In this document: positions 36,208-51,200 of the stretch, piece by piece
Layout: each line of letters starts with the position of its first letter
Position numbering within the stretch: the first letter of the stretch is position 1
Assembly (NCBI GenBank): GCA_030141605.1
Contig: JAQGDQ010000242.1
Location: 124,001-188,000 of the forward strand
DNA length: 64,000 bases
Direction: 5' to 3'
From: Tubiluchus corallicola
Taxonomy: Eukaryota; Animalia; Priapulida
Notes under the pieces: generated by a model
The model's input: only the letters and a program-made list of their open reading frames with translations
Told to the model about the DNA's origin: nothing
Databases searched by the model: none
Translations under genes and position numbers: made by a program

Positions 36208-39200
36208 ATGCGTGCGTGCGTGCGTGTGTGTACGTGCGTGCATGCATGCATGCTTGCGTGTGTGTACGTGCGTGCATGCATGCATGCTTGCGTGTGTGTA
36301 TAAATATAAATGTATAATAAAAGAAGTATATAAATATATATGTAAACACCTATACATTTACATATACATATGTATAAAGGAATAAATACTAAATACATAA
36401 GGACTTACATATCCTTCCTGCTTGACACCTCTGCGCATACGGCCCTCCATCGTCTGTTTATTTCTTCCAGTTTTTCAGTCAAGATGTTCGACTCCGGTAC
36501 GCGAGACTGGATGATGATTTCCGTACCCGTAGCATTGAGGGTGGCAACAGTGTTTTGGTTGTTAGACACGCCCAACTCTAGTTCCTGGATAAAACAAAGC
36601 ACACAGTGAAAATACGTGTCGTTCAGCTCAGAAACAAGGACACTAACCAATCTACATCTCCTACAGGTCTCATCTTAACCACAAGGTAGTTCTTACTACA
36701 CAAAAGCAAACTTCGTTATATTAAAGCCACTAGAATAGTTGAAAAATTATTAATTAGGTTACGACTGTGAATGCTTGAATGTTCATAAGACTGGTCAAAA
36801 AAAAATTGTTTCTAATGTTTTAAATTTTTTCAATGCACATTTTTTTCACACTTTGTTTTTTAATTTCGCATTACTGAATTATCATGTAATTATTGATTAT
36901 TGTTAGTCTCTCTTTTGCATCATGAAAGTGTATGTTCTGATAATTATGGTATAAGCGATAACACTACTCGGCTCTTAATACACAGATATGGTGGAAAATT
37001 CAATACTTTTTAGCCTCCAATAAAAAGAGCGTCATATAAACGGCAACCCTGGCTGAGAGCTAGCTGTGGAAAAACAATGTCCTATGTTCGTCGAAAGAAT
37101 GATATTATAATACTTTTTGCGTTTTACGTTTTAAATTAAAAAATACGCTTTTATATGACTGCATCAAGTAAGTCTATGAACATAAAAAATTGTAAAATTC
37201 CCGGCCGGGTGTGCGATAATAAAAATATTACCCGGGTGATTAAACGGAAACAGAAGTATTTTATTGTCCCCCCAACCAAAGTGGTTTTCAGCATCTCTTT
37301 TCTTTCAACTCATTACCCGCAATGGTTTATGAACATTCTAAGCATTCACAGTCATAATCTAATTAATGATATCATAAAGTGCCAGCTAATTTGAAGAATA
37401 AAAGATGATAGTTGAAAAATTGCTTGTACGGCCGTTTTTTAGTGAAAGGGCAGAAGGACGAAGCCTTACTTTTCACTCAAACAAACATGACAAGAGACAG
37501 GACAAAAATGACCAGGGTGGAGGAATTTTGCAACGGCAGCTTAGCACACCACAAGCAATTATGTCAATTTCAATTTATGTAAACCTGCGGAAGGGAGCAG
37601 TAGTTTCCTGAAATATTGCCATTATTAATAAACCTTCTGATTAAGAACCTCTTTTTTACTGTGGATATGCAACACTACTCATCAGTTTTTACACCACAAA
37701 CAGGTGCGGGTGAGTGCAGGAATCGAAAAGATTGAATTGTCAGTTTTTTTTTATTTTCTAACAGCTAATGAATTATAGACCTGCGCAAAATGGTAAGAAT
37801 TTAAAGGAACTTTTCATTTTTTGTTATTCTATTTTGATAGGCAATCCAAAGCAAATTCCTAAATCAAAAACTCACATAAAAGCATGTCCACGTATAAAAA
37901 TGATCCATACTAATCCCATAACAAGTACCTTCTGCTTTTGTTTTGCTTTATCAATGTCCACGTTGCCATTTGGCAATGATGTCTCCTTTATCAATTTCTC
38001 CGCATCGTGCAGCCATTCGTTCAAGCTACTCACATCTAGATGAAACTCCCTCCATACATCGCAAGCCTCCAGCCATATGCTGTGAAAACAATGTGTTACC
38101 ATAACAACACTACTTAACAGTCGTTAAAGGAAAGGCTAAGCCTTCTGGGAAGTTAGGGATATTTCAATGTTTATTTCAAAAAATGTCAGAAAGTTTTAGT
38201 AACAAAAGTGCGATAAATGCCTCAAGTAATTAGTAAAATAAAGCGATGCAAAATTTCAAAACAATTTTTTTAGCTTTATGTAAAAACGGTGTTTTTTATA
38301 TAGTAGCCACAGGTAACCTATAATGACCATCTTTTACTACTGTATCACAGCAGATAAGAAAAACTAGGACACTAATTACTTGATTAGGCAGCACTGTACA
38401 AACTACATACCTGCAGAGGGAAGCTTACATTATTAACACCTGACTTCATTAAGCAAGTGCTCTAAAGCTCATCAACCTGTTAAGCGAAAGCTGCTGCTGC
38501 TGCTGCTGCTGCACGCTAATGAATTAAACGTGGTAAGCTCTGAAGCAGGCTGGATAATTAACAGACGATAATTATTAATTATCACCTTCATCTCTGATTG
38601 CATAAGAGGGCGTCTTAGACGGAAATAATTAATGAAATGACTGCATAATGTGATAATTAGTAACGAAAAGTAAAATTCTAATGTACAGGAGCTTCGTGAA
38701 AATACCACCAGTGTAGGTAAATTCTCAGGTAAATTCCTCAGCCAATAAACTCAGTGCCAGGTAAGTAAATTTTAATCAGTTGAAAGCTGATAAGGAACAA
38801 CAAATTGCTTCATTCATAAGTTATTCATCACAAAATGTAAAGGAAATCAACTCACCTGTGCCTGTTAGCGTAATTGTTATTAACTCGTTCCCAGTCTTCA
38901 GCTAGCTTCTGCAGCGCATCATTGATAGCTTTTTTCTCGTCGTCAGTTGCCGAGAGGATCAGCTCGTTGCCATGCTGATCCGCAGCCTCCACGCTCGGTT
39001 GGATGTTGTCCAATGCTTCTTTGATTGCCTACAAATAACCCAGAAAGTAAGTTATTCAAAGATTAGTGAATGTTTTGCTATAACGTGCAACAATGAACAT
39101 AGGAGTCAGGTAGAAGAACAAAAAAGGACATTGCGAAGTAGTAAAAACACGATTTAGTTCACTTGGTTGTGAAGACATGAACAAAGTAGTAGCAAACTAG

Positions 39201-42200
39201 TTATTTGTTAAAAACTTATAGTCGCAATCGGGGTACGTAATTGTGATACGTAAGTTGTAAAACAATATTGACCATAATTTTGCAACTTATGCATCCACAA
39301 TACAAAGCAGACATTAAAACAGTGAAAACTTGACTGATAAAACAACAGACTATTGAAAATCACACTTTAAGAGCAGATTCAATGAATGCTGAGTAATGAG
39401 AATTCTTCCAGGACTTAGCAGGTTCAAGACCTCCCCCACGTAGATTTTTTGTCAAAATTGTTAAAGCCAAGTCTCAAACTGATAACCATACAAACACAGT
39501 TTGTTTGCTATCCAGACAATATATTATAATTAAACAAAAACAAAAAAAAGTAACAAAAAGATACTTAATAAATCAAAATCTTGATTGGCGATGCCTCCAA
39601 TTGACTCTCGCCTGTTTTTGTGCCTTAAAAGAAAACTGGATGATTGATTAGACTCAATCTCATTTTAATTTACTGTCCAAAATATACATTTCGTTGCCTA
39701 AAAAGTTAGCCATTGCTCCTAATATTTGAATAATTACATTGGAAAGTTAATTAAAGACAACCAAACATAGCAATCGCTTACTTGACAAACTAACCACAGT
39801 TTGTGCAATGGTAGGCACCTTCCCTGCATGTCAAGCACGTTTGAGTAAGCAAAGATTGCTATAAGATGCTGTTTTGATGTCACGAAAATGAGCTTCACGT
39901 CACACTGACATCACAGACGAACACTGCAGTTTACGATCATGCTTATCATGGTACCGCACCTATTTGTCGGCTACATGAATGTGACAAACAGGCACCCATT
40001 GCCAGTCTTAGTGGATTCGCTGAGCCACACTTAGCTTTTAAAGTTTAACAAAATTTAACTATCCAAATTAATTTTTATTTAATCTAAGCTTTGATTTAAA
40101 AAAAGCTGTTGTTGTTTTCAGAGCAGTCTTTATTTTGGACTAATGTCTACACAATCGTCCGGTTTTTCTTTTATGCAAGAGCAGAGTGATCAAAATTTTC
40201 AAAAAACTAGTAACAAGTACTAACCCTAGCTTTAATGAGTGATACCTTATTCTCACAATAAAAACAAAGCTCAGCATTCAGAATATCACATCACTTGTGA
40301 AGGTACTACACGTGTTCTCTATGAGTTCTGTTGTTTTAAGCACATAAATGCTATTTAAAAAATTCTATAGATAACAGTTTTCTTATACAAAAAGCTTTTT
40401 GCTGCATCTGTTTTATAATGACCTTACCGGTAACGGGTTAAAGTAGAATTTTCTATACGACATTTCGCATGCAGTCATCAACTTCTTGCGATTAAAACTT
40501 TCGGCACACACACACACAAACGGAAAGGTGTAGAGTAATGAGGAAGCATCAGCAGATTAAGTATCTCTGGCTTCGTACAGGTATGGTTGCAATATGATTA
40601 AAACTTAACCCGTGAGTGACCAAAAACCAAAAAACGTTCTCGCGATGGATGCTGCAACTTCTGAGCAATGTTGATTGCTGACAAACGAGAAAAAGACATT
40701 TTGCTGAATTGAAAACGAAATCCACTGTTTCCTATAGGTTAGTATTTCTGTTCGACTCCAACAATCCCATATCATATCCTAATTAAGTGTAAGCAATTCT
40801 CAATAAAACTATAAGCCAAACAACCAATGCAATCCAGTGATCTGCTTTGTTTGACGAAGTTTTGTAACTCACAAAATTCTGTTTCAATTTTTTTCACTAA
40901 AAGGTACGCACACTAGCGCACCACTAAATGCTCCATTAAGCATTTGAAAAGCCAAGAAACATCCAAGACCGGAATTTGAACTCAAAGACAGACAAAGCCA
41001 AGTTTGCACCATTAACACATTACGAGTTCTGACTAGCTAGTACACATCAATACACAGGTGAGCTTAGCGTGGGCAAATCTATACGTATTGTGAGATCGCG
41101 TGCGTCTCGGTGCATCAGTGTCGTATAAACGATGTGCGCCATTCACAATAAAAGCCAACAAAAAACACCATAAAAGCTACAGAAAGTGAAAGAAATGAGG
41201 CCATTAAACCTAAAGCCATGTAATTTTGCTCTGGAAATAAATCATCAGTAATGCCGGGAAAATTAAGCCAACACTAATATCAAAAATGCTACAGAAAGCT
41301 GAGGTCAAATAAATGAATGGAAGAATAAACGAATGAAAAAATTTTAATAGATAGATAGATAAAGAAATGAATGAGTGAATGAATAAGCAAACGAATAAAA
41401 GACTAAATTTACTGACAGACCTTTAGACAAAAATTCTACCGAACACCATTGAAGCGGAAATAGATACATTTATTTATAATGTTTATTTATTTATAAAAAA
41501 TATTTATTATAAAAATTTATTTATAATATTTACAAAATTAGGTCAAAGGCTCAGAGAAACAAACATAAAAAACGTATGATTTATAGAACTGGATTTATAT
41601 GTTAGCAAAGTCTGCATTGCCAGTATGAGAAATGAACAACTGGAAAGACCATAAAAAACTGTACCACAGTAAAATCATTAAATTAATTTAGGAACACTTA
41701 AGTGACTCTTACGCTGAATTTTGAGTTCAATTAAAGTTTAATTTTTATCAAAAACAATGGCGTAAGGTTTGTAGGTCAGCTGTCTTATCATTCCTGCCAT
41801 GGTTTCTGTTGTCACAAAAAATATAGGGAGCACAGTACATACAAAAATCCTGAAAATACTTGAGTGTCAACTAGATTATAACTGTAAATGCAAGACTGTT
41901 GATAAACCATTGCGGATTATTTTTCATTAATTATCACCCATTGTGGGTAATGAGATAAAGAAAGAAAGGAGAAGCTGCAAAAATTGTGAACCAATCGGGA
42001 TTTGAACCCGAAACTTGGAATAATAGTCCTATTCTAGTACATGACAGAGAAGGAACGAGATTTCCTACATATAGCACGCAATCAACATGTCAGACTGGGT
42101 AGCTAAGCTGGCAGAGCATGGAAGTACTAATCTTAGGTCTCCAGTTCAAACCCCGACTAGTTCACAACTTTTCAGCGTCTCGTTTCTTCAACTCAATGGG

Positions 42201-45200
42201 TAATAACTGTTGTAAAATAAACTGAAATGGTTTATGGAACATTCTGACATTTACAGTCATAATCTAGTTAATGATATCGTTAATTGCCAGCTAATTTGAG
42301 AAAAAGTTGAAAATTCAGTGGTTTTTACAATTTTTGTTTTACAATCCTCCATTTGTTTGTACAACATGATAAAAATGGAAAACGCCAACGAATTTCTTGC
42401 AAAAAAAATCAAAATAAATATAGGAGGTGTTGTCACTAGATCTTAAACAGTATCACTATAACTGAAAACTCACACTAATCAACAGAAGAAGACATTTTCT
42501 ATTGCAGAAGCTATTATGGCTCAACACAACAGTCGCCTGCAGCAACACAAGGCTATTGTTATATATAATGGCAATGACAGCGTAACATCTAATTACCATC
42601 ATCGCAACAACAAGTTTATAGAAACAGGTGAGAGCTTTAGTGTGTAAGCAGGTGCACTCGACAATGTCGAACAGACATCCTGTTAAATAGGTTTGGGCTT
42701 CAAGCAATTTGATTGATGCATTTTTGTCATGACACATCACAACATAAACCTATGTGCGAAGGTTGCTATAGGATGTTGCTAGGCTAGCGTCAAGTCCAGT
42801 ATAAAGGTCAAGTGTTACTACGACTGCAGAAATAGAAAATTAACATACCATCAAGATGTCTTCGTGTTTGGAAAAGTCCTCGAATTTGCGACCGGTCAGT
42901 TCTGGCGATTGTAATGCCATTTCGATCTGAGTGATAGCCATTCGCAGCTTATTCACCTACACAGTTCATAGAAGACAATTAAGAATGTTTGTACTGGTTA
43001 CCTAATTCAAATTTGTATTTCAAATTTTCTTTTTTTGGCTAAAGAAACACTCATCAAACAGTATGTTTCAATAACACAAGCAAAAATATAAAGTTAAAAA
43101 AATAAGCAGAAATGTAAGAAATGAACTAATTAACATATATACACAACAACATTATGAAGTTATAATTGGATAGTGTGTTTAAATGCTATAATACATTTAC
43201 AAAGCCAGAAAGCTAGCTACAGGAAAGTTCATACAGCAGTAAAATCAGGGGCAGCTCTAGGTAGTTTGCACAAATAAATCTGCTTAACTTTTAAGTCTTT
43301 CAACATCCTTGTGATCAATGCTATCTCTACAAACACTAATTTTACTAAAATTGCTTTCAAACTTCTAAAGATCTTAGTTTATAAAGATATCAGAAAATGT
43401 GATAGCTTCGTGGATATTCACCTTTAACAAAAGAAACGGCAAAGAAAAGAAAAGCAGTGAAGTGGAAATTCTGTTAAGTGGAAATTGAAATTAGTCTTGA
43501 CAGCATCATCTACTAGAAATTACAACATACTGCTGCTAAATTTTATTCACCACACAAACATTTAAGTTTCTCCATTAGTTCAATTTAGGTAGAAAATCAA
43601 AATTTACCTGGAAAATGAATTCGGCTGAATTTTTTATTGAGCGTAACTCAACAAAAGTGTAAGTAGTGATGGTTTTTGAAATGATGCTTTGTGCCGTCTC
43701 ACTAGGCGGCGCAGCTTTTTGCATAGTTACCGTCTCCACGACAACAGGTTGCTCGGTTTTATCCTCTGGTCTTTTATACTGTCTAAAAGAACAAAGCACT
43801 GAAATTACTTTCTCATTCGAAAGCAAATTTTTTCTGACCAGCGATAACCAGGGCCAGTATTTCATCATATTTTGCCAGAATCTAAACAAGCCATGACATT
43901 TTAGGAGAATCCAGAGAATTAAGGTCTAAATTACATAGTTGAAGTGCGATGAATAATAAACATTTGCGAAGATAAAATTTTAATTTTAAGTTATTTATTA
44001 TAAGAATTATTCACTATCAGTACTGAAATCTTTTTCAGAATGAGACCTAATATTTCCAGATCCAGTCTCCAAATCCTCTGGCAGCATACGTGCTAGGCTA
44101 AGGCAAAGAACGAAAAAGTCGGTTTAAAGTATTTTTCATTAAATTCAGGTAAAGCCTGTGGGAATCTAACTAGACTCATGGTAATAGGCATTGGTGGGCA
44201 TGTTTACATGAGTGGATTCTGGGATTTGTGTCGAAATTCTGGCCAAGATATCACTTTCTTGTTCTTCGTTAAAAAGATTTTTTAAAAAAATGTATTGGCA
44301 AACCGAAACAGGATAATAACTACCCGATCTATTTATTTAAGAGAAGTTTAATTCACAATTCATGCAAATGGACAAATGTAGACAATGTAGACTTAAAGAA
44401 ATTAAAGAGCAAGCAAATCATAATCGTTTATGTTGTCGTCCTCGTCGCTGTCGTCGTCGTCATCATCACCATCCTCAAAATCATCACAACATTTCTTCTC
44501 ATTGCAAGCAAGGTAGTTTTGCAAAAAAATAAGAAGTTCTGCTTTGCATAAAAAATAAAGGAAAGAAACAATTTAACTGCAACATTTTACGTTTATTGGT
44601 ACAAGTGAATAAGAGGGATTGTGGGTGTTTCTGCCATCACCTGAACTGATGCTGAAGTTGTGCCAAACGAGCATTAATTGTAATCAGCTGCGGCTCAGGT
44701 ACTTGCTGTCCGCCTCCTCTGTCCTCAAGACTTCGACTTTGTTGATTCAAGTCGTCTATTTCAGTCTGTTTTGTCTCAAATTCTTCTTGCAGTGCCTTAA
44801 AACACAAGAACGACATATATTTAACTTCACAATAATAGCCGTTCTTCGTTTTTGCTTTAGTTGAAAAACATGCTGTTCAAAAGTCGAACTTTACACGAAT
44901 TAAGTTGTTTAATATAAAAAAGAAAAGAAATAATGAGAATAATAATAAAAGACTAATAAAATTTCAAGTATTCAAACATAAACTTTACAATTTAATCTTA
45001 TCACCAAACAAAAATCTTTTACTGACGAAGGCTTTTGAAAAATCTGTTAAACAAATTTGTTGTACATTTATATTATGAAGGCTTTTCAAGCGATTTTAGT
45101 TTCATTAACAAACCTTCATTTTGGCTTCATCCTCTTTCGCACTTTCCATGCGTTCTTCCATATTTTCTAACCACTTGTCCAAGTCTTCAGATTGTCTCTG

Positions 45201-48200
45201 GTACTGGTGCCACTGTGGAACAATAGTCCGTAACGTTCTCTTCTTTAACTGCAATTCATGTTGTTCATTAAAGCCAGGCATTTGTGACTTATGCGACTAT
45301 ACAAGTCGCTAAACATGCTTCAAATGGTCCTCAGATAAGCATAAAGCATGCGTGGGTGTTCGCCATTATCGCCAAAAGGTTGCTGGCTTCGGCAAAAATT
45401 TTTAAAATGCATGTAACGCGTCGTCAGAATCACAAACTTCTCTAAATTGTCGTAAGTTATCTGAACATGGACGAAACATGCCCTGACTCGTTACATTCAT
45501 CAAAATTTCAAATCCACGAAAATCGCTGTGAACACTTTGGATTATTCAAAACTTTGGTGATATTTTAGAGAACCTCAGTTGTCGCAGAAGTTGCCAAACA
45601 TGTACGTATGTGTCGCAAACACATTATGCGAATTTCGTGCAACATGCTCGAGGTTCACACCCGAGAAACACCCAACATTTGCAAAAAATGGCAAAAATTG
45701 CATGAAATTATTTAGAACTTCAAGAAAATGAGTTGTGAGCTGGGTAACAAAAATCAGTCGCATGAATTTTTTATAGCATTTTTTATGCTTAGCTGTTTGA
45801 AAGACATGTAATTGGGAAAGAAATCTTAATAAATTAAAATATTCGTGCCACCTGGTAAAATGGGACTGCATCGCCATCCCAGTGTGCACCACTGATTCAC
45901 CAAAAAACGTATTTTTGACCTAACTGACAGGATAAAGTAATTTATACGTTTGTTCAGAAACTGAATAATGAGCTACAAATGCTCTGATTATTTTTTCAAA
46001 CTTTACGCAAGGTTATCTAAACTACTCTTAAACCGATAAGTGGCTGCGACTAACAGTCATTACAAGTTTTGTATGGCGTTACTGCTAATACTCACGCTGT
46101 TGCAATAACATAGCATGTAAGTGATAGCAAGAATTTTTAAACTTTATTTACGAAAGAGTGTTTTTGTATTTTAATAATAAGCCTTTTCACAGTTCCAGCA
46201 ATTGATGATGATCGTGAAAAGGTCAAAGGTTAGGTGAACCAGACAATGCATTTTTATCACTTGACAATGCCTCGCAGCCCATGCTGTCGTATTAGCAACA
46301 GTTTATCAGCTACCTTACCTAGTTCATTTTTTCTTGTTCCCAAGTAAGATACTGCTAGTAGATCACTCTCTGCACCGATTAATGCGTAATTAAATAAAAT
46401 CCACGTAAAACAACTGCAGTGTACTGAACTGATGCAGCAGACAACTTTGCTTTACACACGTCACATGACGGTTGTAGTTAAAATGCGTTGTTAGGGTTTA
46501 CTTAACCTTTGGTCTACAGCAACTGTGAACGAGCTTACTTGTAGTAAAACATAATTTCAAGCAAGCCAAATTAAAATTGCACCTCAAACTCAGTACGAAT
46601 TGTAACCCATTGAGCTTTGAGCATGTCCAATCTGATCTGATATTCATCCGCCTTCCTTGGATCGTCTTTCCTCGTCTCTTGTATAATGGCTTTACTTTTC
46701 TCGATGAACTGCTCAATGTCCGGCTCAACTTCTTCAATCTGGGCATCTCGTGTCTACAAAATACACAGGTTATTATTACCTGCCACTGATCGTAAAAGCA
46801 AAACAGCACTTGCTGTGTACCAAAAAATTTAGTGAAAAATTTTTAAACATGCAAAAATCAATAAATCGATAAACTTTTTCATTTTATATAGTATGAAAAC
46901 ATGGTACGTATCAATACCAAAAGATCTTTAACGTAAAAAGTAAATTGAACATGCGTTTTTTATATTAAACATATGTATATATTAAAAATAAGTTAAAAAT
47001 TTAATAAATTAACATTAAAATTAAGAACAAAATCTAAACAGAACTTGTTTAAGTTGCGTATATTTGTACGCAATAGCAAAATGGATACATGATGCAAATG
47101 TACCACAAAAATTATTTTCAACAGGCAAAACAAAATGTTACCGAAATTTGTTTTTCCACGTTTTCCCCAATATCACCGGAGGCTTCCCTCGGAAGACGTA
47201 TTTGTTCATCAAACCTCGTGATAATTCCCATAGCTTTCTCATACTCTTTCTCAAAATCCAGCCTAACTACCTGTGGTGCTTCAACCTGAGCATGCACCAC
47301 CTGCTCTGTTTCCATGGTGACAGTGACCTCGGGTTTGAGTAATTGTCTTTCCTATAAAAATGCAGGATTTCATATTTAAAATAGTCTACAGCAATTGAAT
47401 GCAGAACAAAGATAAAAATAAAAGTTGAAATTCTAAGACAAGCTCCATGGTGATATTTCTAATGTGAGCATGTAACCCCACTACTTAACCAGTTTATATA
47501 ACAATTTCTTCCCAGAAAACATATGCAATCTTATAGTAATCATGACACTCCATATTAAGCTGACAAACAATGTATTCATTTAACAATACAGTTCTTATAA
47601 GTAGAGCCCAGAGCAGCGCTGTTTCAGCTGAGCTCCAGCCAGTTTATTTCTACAGTCGCCCTAGCCGATAAGAAACTCAGCTTTAAACAAGCCAGCCACT
47701 CAGTGATAGGAGTCGAGCTAGCCGACATTTTTGCCGGCTGCGAAGATTTTCGCTCTTAAAAAGTGATTTTAAGTGACACTGTAAATCGCTGGTTGAAATA
47801 TGGCAAATGCATAGCAGATTCGCTGACAAATTGTGCGTGTGCTGGCAGAGATACGAAACTTTAGAAATTTTTGAACGAGAAAGTTAGTCAATTCAAAATT
47901 AAATTCACAAATAGGCAACGTTAGTCATGTATGGGATTATATTGGTGTTTTGGTATTGATTCGTTGGTAATCAAGATAAGCCTCGCCAAGAGTTGGATTT
48001 AAATTATATTTGTAATAAATCCATTGCTTTTTATCATAATAAAAAATTGATCTCTAATGCATTATTTGAATTTGTACAAGCAGCACGAACTATTTAAAAA
48101 AATTATCTTAATAATTTAACAGTTAACTAAAAATTTATCATTTATTTAGTTGACAAAAATTCGTAGCTTTAGCTGACTTGGCTGATTTTTTCTTTAAGCC

Positions 48201-51200
48201 AACTCAGCTGAAAAGTCAGTCAACCTCAGCCGAGCTAGCTGATTTACTGTGTGAGTCAGGTGATGTAGTAGCAACTGACTCAGCTTCAGCCTCTACTTAT
48301 AAGAATACTATTACTCCAGGTTTGAAATCGGGGGACTAGCAGTCACTGCTGTTACTTAAAGAAAAGCTAGACAACAGTTTACTATACAAATTCATAAGTA
48401 AAGTATCATCAAACATTATCATTTATTGAGCAAATCCATTCACCTTTAAACGATCACCAATTTCTTCCCAGCGTCGATTTAGGTCAATCAGTTCGGGTTC
48501 GACTACCGTCTGGTACTGGTCCGTCCTGCCTTTCAATTCCATAGCAGAATCTCTCAAATGATCGACTTTGCTGGACATGTCTTGATACTCCAGGTAAAGG
48601 AGCTAGAAAAAGAAGTTTTGCTACATGAAGTCTGTCAAAATGAAGAGTTACAAGTGTTGCAACATATATAAACTGAATTCAAGATGTTTCGGGGAACACG
48701 AATCTTTCGTAAATCACATACAAACACAGGGAATGCTTCCTAAAACACCAAGCAAAGAAAAGGGGTCATCCACATATAACATGATATCGAGTTTTCGGCT
48801 GATTTCGAAGACCTCCCTACATTGCGTTTTAATGGCGTTATCATATACCCCACCACCTACTTACCCCCTATATTGATACCAATATCACACTGACATAGCT
48901 TTTTCTACATTTTATTCTTTCTCCGTGCAAGGACAAGTAACAACATCACTTGTGTTAATTAATGGGAAACCACGAGCGGATTCTACTCGCAACGGCCCTT
49001 GTAGTGTCGAGGTGTGAAAAAACCAAGTCAGATAACAATATCACGACTAAATCACTTACCTACCTCGCGTTATAATGGCGTTATCACGTCCCACCTACCT
49101 ACCGTAAACTTAATATCGTTATATATGGATGGCCACAAATATCAGATACTCAACAAATTTTTCTTTTTCTTTTTTGAAACGTCTATATAAGATAACTCAC
49201 TTTATATTTCTGATATTCCTTTTCGGATTGCTGCTCATCTGGAGAGAGTTTTGCTGACATATCCAGGTGGGATTCGGTCTCACTTAACCAGGATCGGACT
49301 CGATTCAATGACGATCTAAACTCGAGTAACAACAACTCCACCTGTTTGTGCATTTCCTGAATAAAGAGAAGAATTTACAGGAAATTTAATACATACCGAA
49401 ATCAAACATAAAAACTTGAGACGTTCAAAAGACAGGACTTCGCAAAACATCTCAATGTACTGTATGATACGCGATCAACGACCAGCAAATTCCAGGTTCA
49501 ATTCCAGAGCAGATATAAGAGACTCAGATTTCTCTGTCAGTCTAGTGATTACAAGATGCGGTGCCCAAGTGATTCCACCATGTTTGGCTGCCGGATTCAG
49601 AGGTTCTGGGTTCGAATTGTGCCCACGATGGGATTCTCTGAGCCACTTAACTAGGACTTTTTGGTCTACTTCCCAAGCCTACTTCAGTCTAGCTTGAATA
49701 CCTAGTCCTGGGGACGAAAGGTGGCCGAAAGACAGCTAGGCACCTATTCTTCTCGTGTGCCTAAGACTGTTGTAAATAGGTGCAACAACCACCTATCCCT
49801 ACAATCAGTCAAAGGATCTTCTGGTGATTATATTCAATGTTATTCTAACTGATGCAATGTTACACAATGCAACGACATGCTATACTGTTCCATAACTGAC
49901 TAACATGTAATGAGATACAAATTAAGATGTAATATCGGGCCACGAAATATCTGAATCGATCAACATAGAATAAGATTTTCTAAAACAACAGCGCTGAACC
50001 GTACCTGAAGCTTATCTATTCTTTTCCTCAGTCGTTCTTGTAGTCTGTCTAAACGAGTTTTCAGCTCGTCAACTTTCTGCGACAGCTCCGGCAGCTGATT
50101 ATCCTCTGCAATGTTCTTCAGCTGCTTCTCCATGTCGCAGATGTTTTTCAGCAGAGCCTGCTGTTTTGGCAATTCGTCTTCCACGCCCTATGAAGCCAAA
50201 ATAAGTTTGATCCTCAAAAGTTGTAAAAATAAAAAATGCAAAATTCAAATAAAAATATTACTAAATAACAGGAAAAAATAAAATAGGTTAAGCACATAGT
50301 TTTATTTTTGGCGATACCTCAATAAATCTTATAATAATGAAAACTTAAATCTAGAAAAATAAGCCTAATCAACAGATTTGTTTAGAAAAACAATAATATT
50401 CATATTTATGAGATAATCATGATGTCAAAATCTCTAAAACAGTTTTAAAAACACTGAGAAAACATTAGAATAACCAACTGATTAAATCATTAAATGGTTA
50501 CATAATATAGGTTTCTGGTAATCAAATAAACGACATCGTCTCTACAGCATGGCACATACTGTACAAAAATTAAATCCTGTTTGCACATTTTAAATTTTTC
50601 TTAAAACTGCAATGTTCCTAGATACTCTACCTTTGCCCAAGCTATCTCATCTCGTACATCTCGCGGTAAAGTAGCTTCTCTTGCTGTCAATTCCACCTCC
50701 ATCTGAACAATCCAGTCTTTCAAATGAATCATCTCCTTACGAATCTTTTTCGAAACCTTCAGCGCCTTCTCAATGGAATTTTTGCTCTCTGTGACCTGCA
50801 TAAGATGAAAATGAAAAATTAAGATTCTTCGCGAGTTCGTTAAAGATTGATGATAAATCAACAAATAAAACACGGCTTCAAGATAACTACTATGCAACAT
50901 CTCAGGTAACTTTACATAATATTTACACTTACAAACACAAATAGTTTAGGTTGAAGAAAGTGTCAATTTCACTTCAATGAGTTCTGTATCTGCAGTCTTT
51001 CTACACGAGGTTAAGAATAACATAATAACAAAGGTTGCAGCATCGGAAGGAGTTTACGATAGCCTTAACCCTAACCATAACCCTAATCCTAATCCGCTTC
51101 ACAAACTAATTTCTTGTGTGAGGAATTGTAAGTTTTAGCCTCTGTATCTGTACACGAGATTCAGAATCACATAATAACGAAGCCATTACTTTACTTAGTA

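Noticed and set aside
36128-36398. HT/VC-rich ORFs on both strands
   Set aside because: Artefacts of the (TG)/(TGCA) microsatellite.
42095-42165. tRNA gene
   Set aside because: A and B boxes are present but there is no complete cloverleaf; it is part of a repeat element.
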